Positions 47,679 to 57,200 of a stretch of 64,000 nucleotides of DNA are shown in pieces. The stretch lies in assembly GCF_021028975.2 (NCBI RefSeq), contig NC_059437.1, positions 22,816,001 through 22,880,000 on the forward strand, read 5' to 3'. The notes under the pieces were generated by a model. The model ran no database searches. It worked only from the letters and a program-made list of their open reading frames with translations, and was not told where the DNA came from. A program made the translations under genes and the position numbers. Positions within the stretch are counted from its first letter, which is position 1, and each line of letters opens with the position of its first letter. This DNA is from Sphaerodactylus townsendi (taxonomy: Eukaryota).

Positions 47679-49678
47679 CCCTAGCTACAGAAGCCTTTGC
47701 TCCAAACAAAGCAGTGGCCATCATCCTTGGTTCATTCACAAATGGCAACCACCCATCTCTCACGTACACATCCAGTGCTGAGAGTTCTGCATGCCACAAG
47801 AGCTTTTTGTCTGTAAATACTCATTGTGTATTGTCAGTCACTTCTTTCTACACAATGGCATGGAGAACAGCAATCTTAGGCTTGGTATTACTCAAGTCTA
47901 TCAAGTGGAGCTTACTTCCAGAAAGGGTTCTTTGGACCGCATGGATAGTGAGATACTACATGCAAAAAAGTTCAGGAACTGTTGACGCTGGTGATTGGGT
48001 CCATTAACATGGCCTTTACCTTGCAGTGGTAACAGATCAAAGGTTGAGAATGTTGGGCAGAAGCTGTGGCTCCCTCTCCCCAGTGCTGCAATAATGTTGC
48101 TGCAATCATGCTTTTTAGTTTGCCAAAACAGGAACAGGTGTGGCGAGATGCTTCTTTCATGAGGATTTCAAACAAAAGTCCTGACCTGGATCATCCAGTT
48201 ATCTCTGATTTTGAGTTCTAAAATGCGAATCCATTTATAGCAAACTCTAGTTAATGTACAGTTATTTTAAGCACTCTATTTAATACCAAGAAGTTCCAAT
48301 ACCGATTTGTAATCTGGAGAAACTGGCTCAAAGTCTTTTGATTCAGTTTCACTTTCTTGTTTCTGTAGTGAAAAACGAGATCAGAATAAAAGACAATTTC
48401 TACAAGGTGGGATTAAACTAAGGTGGGATTAAACTAAGAACTTAGTTTAAAGCCTAATAATCGCAGGCTAAGCATTCGGCAATTATTTTTTATAATAATA
48501 AGCATTTATATAACAAAGACCACCCACTGAAAGATAATGTACATGATCTTCCATGATCTACACTGATGATTAAAACTAGTCCGAAAGGGGCATGGTTTGG
48601 ATTGGGATTTCGGTAGTAAAGCAAAGGAGCTTGATCCTTTCTCTACAATTTTGTCTCTTTGACCCAGACTCAGTGTGGAATACTGGTTGTATAGAGACTT
48701 GAATGACCCAGATTTAAATTCCTAATCAGCCATGACACCCACTGTATGATGCTGGACCAGTCACTACTCTTTTAACCTACCGGTAGTCTACCTCATAGGG
48801 TGATTGTGATTATAAGTAGATGAGGTTAATGCAAAATAGATCTCAAGACCCACCAGATACAACCAGGATTAGACAAGATAACAAGTAGTCACTCTGTTTT
48901 TTAAAAAAATATAAAAGTCACCCATTAATCAGCTTTTTTTTGCTTCTCTGTAATTGTTTTGTGATGTATCTTGAAATGCCTTGCCCTCAATGCTATCTTA
49001 TGTCATTAATTGTGCAGTTCTACATAGAGTTATATCCTTCTAAACCCCTTGACGTCAACATTCTGAAAATCTGCAATACCTCTTGGTTTCCATTTCAGTG
49101 ACGTTACACACTGCAGAATTTGGGCTTTTTCTTCATACTTTCAAATGTACTGCTTTTCCATTTTGTACAGAACATTCATCCGGGTGAAGTGAGAACTCAG
49201 ATCTTTCTCACTACTTGGCGTCAATGTAGTTGGTCCTAAAAGAAAGATGGCTCATTTATTGGGGATAGGGGGCATATTTATCATGGTCCATCATGGTTAC
49301 CTGCAATGTTTTCTTATTCATCAGAGAAGTTAGATTGATGACTGTTCTCTGTATTTTACTTGATTAGATTTGAATTTGACACAACATTTCGACCTGTTCT
49401 CCTATATTTCGTGACCATTGGACCTTGCTTTTTCCCATCTCTACATAAAATGACTGCATAGTGATGATCCACTAAAGAAGTCAGCTGTAGTCCACACAAA
49501 TTTATGTAGTCTACACAAAGATTAAAAAAAATCTTTAAAGTCCAAGAATCCTGCTTATTTTTTCTACTCTTTACTATGCGTAATTCTTGATTCTGCTTTT
49601 CGCCATGTGGGGGAGTGCTTATACAAGGATTATCCATAGAAGTATTAGAGATTTCTAACACTGGAGATTTGGAGTCTA

Positions 49679-50281
49679 TGACCATTTATGCATTCACCAC
49701 TTACCCCACTGCTTTCTACTAGGGATTTCCCTATTTTTTTGTTGCATGGGGCTCTTCCTGTTATGAAGTGTTACTAGCTAAGCTGCCATTTTGCCTGCTA
49801 GCCTCTTCTTTGTTCTTCTGTGCAATGTTCATTTGGGGAGGTTGTCTGCCACTCCTTTTTTGTTTGTTTGATGTCTTTGCTCCAGTGTTACTTTGCTGGG
49901 GTTAATGATTTCATGTCAATTTCAGAGTCTATGGCTCCAGCAATAGACCTTAGGCAATACAACAACAACAAAAGCAAAAAGAAAGAAAGCCCCTCTGGTC
50001 CTTATGAAATGTGGGCCTGAAAAGTGGGAAAAACTGCTGTTGGGTAGGCGGGGGAAGGCAGGGAGGAGCAAGAAAACCCAAAGAGAGCATAACACACAGG
50101 GAACTCCTTCACTTTCCCAGCAAAGGGGGAGAAAAAGTTGTACTTTTTGAAAATCATGGGGATTCTCTGATCTGAGAACACCATAAATTCCAAAGAGGGG
50201 GAAATGTGTGCATAACTGAGAATCCAACTAGAAGGGAATGTATGCTTAATGTGCAGGAGACCATAGGTGTGTAAATGGCCT
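49679..50281. mobile_element. PIF/Harbinger-like non-autonomous element inserted in a pseudo-exon
   Basis: Termini TGACCATTTATGCA / TGTGTAAATGGCCT; 3-bp flanks CTA/GTA; internal inverted similarity; removal restores a reading frame. Confidence 0.6.
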
Positions 50282-50771
50282 GTAAAACCTTATCCATTGT
50301 TCGCCTTTTGATTTCAACAGTGTTTTAGGATTCTACAAAGCCTGCTGTTTCTGTCCATAAGACTAACTGAATTTTTGTTTTTATATTCTTTTGAACTGTT
50401 TAATCAACTAACAATGTAATACCTTATATCACAAAACTCTTACATGGGTACGTACCTCTTAGAATAATAAAGTAACCTGTAATGTTAATAAATGCATTTT
50501 CTTTTGGTTTGTTCATATGTACAAATACATCACACACTTTTTAAAAACTTGATTACTGTGTTCATGGGACTGGAGTGTGAATTGGAATATACAAATGTAA
50601 CTATGTCAACAAAATTTTAATTTCTCTCAACATTGATTTACACCCACTATTTTTCAATGGAGGTAATTTGCTTTTCTTCTTTCCAGGTGCAGAAATGACT
50701 CAGTGACGTAATTATGATGGTAATCGACAGGATGGGATTGATCAGTAACAGAATGGGCTATTGAGATAGAT

Positions 50772-50898
50772 CAGGGGTCTGCAACCTGTGGCTCTCCAAA
50801 TGATCATGGACTACAATTCCCAATTGGCCATGCTGGCAGGGGCTGATGGGAATTGTAGTCCATGATCATTTGGAGAGCCACAGAGTTGCAGACCCCTG
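50772..50898. mobile_element. Short palindromic hAT MITE
   Basis: CAGGGGTCTGCAAC TIRs; perfect TSD AGATAGAT. Confidence 0.88.
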
Positions 50899-51098
50899 AG
50901 ATAGATCATTGACAACCCAAGGAAGGGAGTGATTGCTGGGATAGGCCAGAGATGTCTACTGATGAGATAGATTAGTGGTGGTCAGTGATTGATGGCCCAG
51001 TGAAAGGATAAATTTTTGTGATTTTAATATGTGATTGCAAGGAAGGAATTTTCTTCCCCATCAGGCTGATTTGAGGTTGTCCTGACAACTCCTATAGT

Positions 51099-51340
51099 TG
51101 GTTGAGGTGGATTTTCTGGGATGTGTGGCCGTGGTCTGGTTCCTAATGTTCTGCCTGAAGTGTGTGTAACAGACTTCCCTCTGTGATACTTAGTGTGTAA
51201 CAGACTTCCCTCTGTGATAAACCTCTGAAGATGTCAGCCACAGATGCAGGTGAAATGTTAGGAACAAGATCCACCATACCATGGCCACACAGCCTGGAAA
51301 ACCCACCACAACCAGTTAAATCCAGCCGTGAAAGCCTTCA
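51099..51340. mobile_element. Penelope-like inverted terminal-repeat remnant
   Basis: Same family; 14-bp near-duplication ACAACTCCT(A/G)TAGT on both flanks. Confidence 0.8.
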
Positions 51341-52499
51341 ACAACTCCTGTAGTGTTTAATATCTGCCCTTAGCATTTCTCTCCCATTCTCAGTTTGTCA
51401 TATATTACTGATGTCCATCATTGTGATGGACAGGATGTGTGAGGATGTTGCTCAATGACACATACTTCATTCGTCACTTTCATAGGCTACCAAATTGACT
51501 ATCAGTTGTCAGAGATAATGGACAAATTTTCCTCTTGTTTCCTTGTTATCTCAAAAGTGCAACACTTTATTGTTTTCTCCCCAGTGTTCTCTACTTACAG
51601 TCAGGAGTAGAAGAGGCAGACGTGCTGTCATCTCACTTTGAATAGAGGGGCAGCTGACGTTCAAGATCCTGATGCACAGTTGTTGCTCAGTACTTATGAG
51701 CATGGCACAAACCCACTGCATACAATTTAAGTACCTCTTTAGTGGAAAGGTGACATCTTATCGACAGAAGACAAGACAGCTTCTTTAAAAAAAATTGTTT
51801 TCCTGTGAAGGTACCAGGTTGCTTCATGAACAATGTCTTTACATGTAGCAATTTGAAAGCCCCTGAAAGCAGCCTATATTCTGCATCCTGTACAAGGAAG
51901 AATGTGGTAATTACAAATAGTAGATCCTGTGGCCTTTCTGAATGCCAGCTATCCTATTTTGCTGCTTCTGGAGGGAAGAGATGGATAGTGTTTCAGGGAT
52001 AAGATTGTGGCATGTTGCAGGGGGTGGCTGACCCAGGCGAGTGGCCCAAGCAAACTGTCAGTATATAATTTTGCTGCCTCTGAAGAATGATCTGCTATGC
52101 GTATCATGAGAAGCAGTCATTTGGAAAGCCAACTGCCAAGTTTTGTTGAGTGGCCTAGAGAGGCAGATATATTCCAACTTCAGACAAGTTTGAACTTGTC
52201 TGAAATTGCAACCGCTTTGCTTCTCTGACAGCTCCATCCAGGAGACACACTCCAGCTAGTGTTATGGTCTTTGTGATAGACGAAATGATCCATTTGGGAC
52301 ATCTGGATGAGTCGAAATCTCTGTCATATCATTCACTCACACAGAAAGTAATCCCTGTAGAAGAGGTGTCTGCAACCTGTTACAATTAGAGAGCCTCACT
52401 ACATTAATCTTTACAGCAAGAGATCCACAAAGAGTCAGAGCAAGACAGCTCACTTGTATGACTGAAAATATGGCCACTCCCCACTTACCTCTTCTAAGT

Positions 52500-53210
52500 G
52501 CAACGCCAGAGCGACTCCATAGAGAAAAGCTTTTCTCCGCGGGCTTTTGACCCATGGAGATTTTGTTCCCTACCCATTTGCCATTCAGGAAATAACGCTG
52601 GGGAGCAAGAGGATGCGAGTTCTGTATAATCGAGCCGCTCTGATTGGCTGGTAGTGACATGTGCGCCATGGATTGGAGGAAGCAGTCACGGCCCGCCGAA
52701 TGGCCTCCATTTTGATTGGCTGGATTACTAAGAAGTTGTTTTTGATAGGCCTGCCAACGCGAAAGCCGCAAAGCTCTGCTAAAGGGAGCAATAAGCTATT
52801 ATCGCGGCGGCGCATTACACGCCTTTACCTCTCGCGAAATGCATTGTAAAAGAGGATGTCGCTGCATGTCTACATCATCACGTAGCTTCATGTCGCCCAC
52901 TTTCTGACGGGGACACCCTCTCAAAACAAAAAATGGCGGTTCTTGTTTCCTGATTACGGAAGCTGTGCTTCTGCGAGCGAACCAGCCGCCACAGAAACAG
53001 TCGTGAGGTTCTCTTCACCACCCCGCAGTAATCGGCGGGTTTTCTTGAAAATGTTGCTCTTTTTGGTGAGAATCCCACCCCTGCCGCTACACAAGGAGGT
53101 GGGAGAGCGGCAAATTCCGGGCAGCTGCGCAGTGGGCGCTGGTGACGTGGGGAACGTCCAGGATCCTCGTGTCTTTTAAAGAGGTGACCCCGCGGCTTAT
53201 GGCAGAGTGG
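52500..53210. promoter_or_regulatory. Bidirectional CpG-island promoter
   Basis: Three GATTGG (CCAAT/NF-Y) boxes near 52642, 52671 and 52714; TCTCGCGAAA near 52830; YY1-type AAAATGGCGG near 52930; ETS CGGAAG near 52957. Minus-strand donor AG|GTAAGT at 52489; weak plus-strand donor C|GTGAGG at 53002. Confidence 0.75.
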
Positions 53211-54427
53211 GGAGTGGGTTCCATTGGTTTCTAACATTACTGATGACTGATGGGTTGATTGGCTTTTGTGGCTTCGTGGTTTTTCTGGGCTGTGTGGCCA
53301 TGGTCTAGTAGTTTTTAGCTCCTAACGTTTCACCTGCATCTTCAGAGGAATGTCATGGTAAGATGTATTTCTCTCCATGGCACATCAGAGTGATTGTGTA
53401 ATGGGTTATGTATTTTGTCACAGGTGAGAAACATTCATTAATAATCTATACTGTTTCTGCAGCCCAGGGGTTGTAAATTCTTTATTAGGAAGTGGTGCAC
53501 AGGAGGTCTCACAATAAGTCATAGATATATGTGATTGTTTTATTGCACAGACATAACCCTGTGCATGCTTTGCACTTGGATTACTGGTATCTGTTTACCT
53601 GCATAATTTCCTTTCATGTAATGCATCCCTAAGAAGCCAATAAATTTTTTTGCTTCCATCCCCTGTACATACTAATTATTCTAGTGCCCCTAACACCTAC
53701 CCTTCCAATGTACCCTCACATTTACTTGCACACTGAGCCAGATTGGCTCCATAGGATGCAGACTCCTGCAGTAGAAGGTGTGACACCAACAAATTTCTGA
53801 CTACTCATCAGTCTCTCTAGTTCTGACATCCCCAGAATGGAGAAGCTAGTGGTTCAATTAAGAGATCTGGAAATGTAGCAAGGAATTAGCAGTTCTGTGT
53901 AACTTGAAAGGGGGCACACCACCCTACTATTACATGCTTTCCACTTCCCCAGCAGTGAGAAGTCCCAGGGGCATTCACTCCGGGCACCGGCAGAGACATT
54001 TGACTAAGTGTTGCCTTTCATACTCACAAAGGAAGAATACAGTTTTCCCCATCCTCTCCTTTGTCCCAGGAACATGGTGCAGGTTGATTACCTGTTTTAT
54101 ACACACCATCGTCTAAGCTGACTCATTGTAATGAGCGTCACATCCAGTTCAAAGCTGCAACTGCTGACTTTGGGCTTAGCCATAAGCCTCGAAACAACTA
54201 TTTCCTACCACCCTTTTTGGGTTTTTTTGTTTTTTTGTACAGGACATTCAACTTGATGAGACGGTCTAGAGAGCTTAAAAGCTTGCTTACTTTTTAATTG
54301 TATTACACAGAGAAAGCAAAGCAAATATACATTGTTAAAAGGCTTGGTTTGTGGGGTTTCTTTGCAAAACTGAACAGCATAGTGATAACCACTGTCATTA
54401 TTCCAAGCATGTGAAGGACTGGGGCTT

Positions 54428-54600
54428 AGTATTTATTTATTATTATTATTATTATTTATTGGGTTTATAGACTGCCCTCCCCCGAAGGGCTCAGGGCGGT
54501 GAACAACATATAATAGAGCACAATAACAAGTTAAAATCCAGTAAATATAAATTAGTACGGCTCTAATAAAAATAAACCCTACCCCATTAAAATAGCAGTA
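54428..54600 (-). mobile_element. L2-like LINE 3' tail with (TAA)n microsatellite
   Basis: On the minus strand, CACCGCCCTGAGCCCTTCGGGGGAGGGCAG is followed by (AAT)n. Confidence 0.55.
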
Positions 54601-56317
54601 GAACATCAGCTTTTCCATGCAGAAGAAAAGTGCTGTCAAGTCATGGTTGACCTATGTAGAATACATTACAGTAGTCTAGTCTTAGGGTGATTCTGCATGG
54701 GCCAAACATTTGGGGTGGGGGAGTTCCCACATAACTCAGCCCCCCATGCCTCTAACCCATTTTATTGACCAGAACCCAGGTTAAATGAAAATCGCAATTT
54801 TTTTCTTCAACCTGGGTTACCCACACTTCCTACTTGCCTGTGCGAACTACAGCAAGCAGAAAGCATTCAATCTCCACCCCACCCCCCCTTTGTCCACCTT
54901 TATGGTGGATTCCCCAGGTGGCCGCCGTTAGAGTAGATATTCTAATATGTGGCTGCCATACTGTACAGGAAGTGTGTGTGTGTGTGGGGGGTTTCTCAGC
55001 TGGGGGTAGATTCTCATGTGAGAGTGGATTCTTGTGGGTGGATTTTCTTGTGGGGGATTCTTGACTGCACCGTTCACATGGAAACACAGCGTTTCCATGC
55101 AAACTGTGCTGCCTCCTGCCTCTGGGATCCCAATGATCTCAGCTGCCCCTCACAGCCTCTGTGCAAACAGCAACACAGGCAAAGGAAACTGGTTCCATCC
55201 TGCTGGCTGAACTGACCATCAAGAAAGTCCCGGGTCACTATGCAGAGGCAGGCAATGGTAAACCACCTCTGAATATTTCTTACCTTGAAAACCCCTCTGG
55301 GGTCACCATAAGTTGGCTGCGACTTGATGCACTTTCCACAACTACCGTAGGAATTATGCGGTTTAGAAAGTTGCATGGGTAAAGGGATAGGAACTGTGGC
55401 TAATGTGATTGTGTTGCTGCTTATCATTTCAAGTATGCTCTATGTAGTTTGAGCAACATTGAATGTATCATGTTGAAATGCTCAGCTTTGTTTCATGTTT
55501 GTTTCAGCTCTGTTTTAGATTTCTGTGTCTTTTCATATTTCTGTATCCAGGCCCTATTGCACTGTGGACACCTCATCCCATCGATTGTGTTTTTATACAC
55601 TATGACTATGTAATCCCTCTTAAGTCTCAGTGACAAAGGCAGGCTATGAATATGCAAATAAATAGACAGAAGACTTCTGGAGAGTCTTTGCCAGTTGGAA
55701 TGGACAATACTGATTTTGGTGAACCAGTTCCTGAATCAATGTAAGGCAGCTTCATGTGTTCAAATGCAGTTGGTTAGGACTGTCAGCTCCAGGTTGGGAG
55801 ATACCTGAAGAGTTTGGAAGCCGAGCCTGGGGAAAAGGTGTGGTTTGGGAATGATGGACTTCACTGGGTTGTGCCATAAAGTCCGTGTTCTAAACGGGCC
55901 ATTTTCTCCAGCTGAACTGATCTATGTCACCAGTAGATCAGTTTATTCATTTATTTCCTGTATATTCTTTCCCTGGCCAAACACCAAAGTCCCTGGGTGT
56001 TAATGAGAGATCTCCAGCCTCCACCTGTAGATTGGCCACCTGGCAATCGGTGATAGCACAGTCACTTTTGCTACAGTTAAGCAGTTAATAGTGGCTGAGA
56101 AAATTATCAGGCTTGCTAAGCCTCTGGCGAAACCTCATTCAGCAGTTTCCCATGGGAGTCTCTTCTGAAGAGACAGTTGTCAACCGTCAGCTGCCGTTGC
56201 TGAAACCACAAGGGATCAGACTCTCATCCCAAGGTGGAATGAGAAGGTACACGATCTGGCAACCTCGCTGACACTAAACGGAGCTGCCTTTGCTTGGCTG
56301 GGAGTCCTGAGGTCATA

Positions 56318-56615
56318 GAGAAGAAGATTTTGGATTTATACCCTGCTTTTCTCAATCGTGAGGAGTCTCAAAGCAGCTTACAAACTCCTTCCCTTCCTCT
56401 CTGCACAACAGACACCTTATGAGGTAGGTGGGGCTGAGAGGGTTCTGAGAGAACTGTGACTAACCCTAACCCAGCAGGCTTCATGTGTAGGAGTGGGGAA
56501 AACAAAGCCAGTTAATCAAATTAGAGTCCACTGCTCAGGTGGAGGAGTGGGGAATCAAACTCAGTTCTCTAGATCACATTCCGCCCGCTATCAACCCATA
56601 CACCACGCTGGCTCT
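56318..56615 (-). mobile_element. Squam3-like SINE
   Basis: Same family sequence, with A/B boxes and a TTC tail. Confidence 0.85.
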
Positions 56616-56639
56616 CTGTAGGTATATTTGGCAGGATCG

Positions 56640-57200
56640 CAATTGCTCCTAGAGATAAAGCCTGACAAAGGAACGATTGGCCAGGAGCCCCGCTTTGCAA
56701 GCTCCTCCTCCTTCTCTTTGACTTCCCGGGCGTGGAGGGGAGCAAGTTTCTGCATTGGCCGAAGTTGCCCTCTTGCCTTCCCCCCCCCGGGCCCCTGCAC
56801 TCTCCTGAAAGTAACTGGAGTGGGAGGCGCAAGGACTCCATGGTTACTGCAGCGTCCGGCGGCTCCGCCTGGTTGGCCGCTGCAGAGGCTGCGAGTGGCT
56901 GCTGGAGAAGCGCGGCTGGCCGGCAGAGGGGAGCCCCGATTGCCGCCGGAGGGCTGGACTTGGACGCGCCCGGATGCCCTAGTAGTCGGAGCCGGGGTAA
57001 GGGAAGGCGGGCGGGCTCCAGTCCTTGCAGGTCGCTGCTCTCCAGAAGGAGGGAGATCTGGTGGTGGTGGTGGTGGTGGTGAGGCGGGGGATTGGAGCCC
57101 TGGCTTTGCTGGCGCATCCAGACGGATCGAGGTGGAGGGCGCTCAGACCCGGAGATCTGGTGATCTGTGAAGCTCAGGACCGTGCCCCCCCCCCCCCCCG
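56640..57200 (+). promoter_or_regulatory. CpG-island promoter with first exon (donor GGG|GTAAGG after 56996); by synteny possibly KIAA1210
   Basis: CpG-rich, with ATTGG boxes near 56676 and 56754, ETS-like ACTTCC/CCGAAG and a strong donor. No recognisable coding exon follows inside the window, so the gene identity rests only on the human Xq24 order (KIAA1210 divergent from PGRMC1). Confidence 0.5.

Larger units (their letters stand above)
41700..52620 (-). pseudogene. Decayed multi-exon gene with a PALB2-like C-terminal WD40 domain (putative unitary pseudogene)
   Basis: Chain of GT-AG-bounded exon remnants: ~52620-52489, 50400-50285+49678-49301, 49235-49080, 48362-48303, 48217-48186, 48085-48020, 47955-47916, 47810-~47680, 46304-46208, 46114-45955, 45560-45378, 45013-44848, 44171-44052, ~41965-41700. 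Phases are mostly compatible, but in-frame stops, frameshifts and TE insertions are present. Later exons align collinearly by eye with the PALB2 WD40 region. Confidence 0.6.

Noticed and set aside
47587-47810. Alternative frame DKKLLWHAELSALDVYVRDGWLPFVNEPRMMATALF resembling the PMS1/MutL C-terminal region
   Set aside because: A single short resemblance with no support from neighbouring exons, whereas the phase 2 frame fits the upstream exon phase and the collinear PALB2-like series. Not fully excluded.
49080-49235. Homeodomain-like reading SHFTRMNVLYKMEKQY
   Set aside because: Spacing is off by one residue and there is no WFxNRR helix 3.
52930-53200. A DCTN5-like head-to-head partner, as at the canonical PALB2 locus
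   Set aside because: The ATG in AAAATGGCGG closes after 6 codons and no DCTN5-like peptide is visible; this argues against the locus being canonical PALB2.
56569-57117. 182-aa minus-strand ORF with a poly-His tract
   Set aside because: The His run is a (GGT)n microsatellite in a CpG island, and the ORF ends in a SINE.
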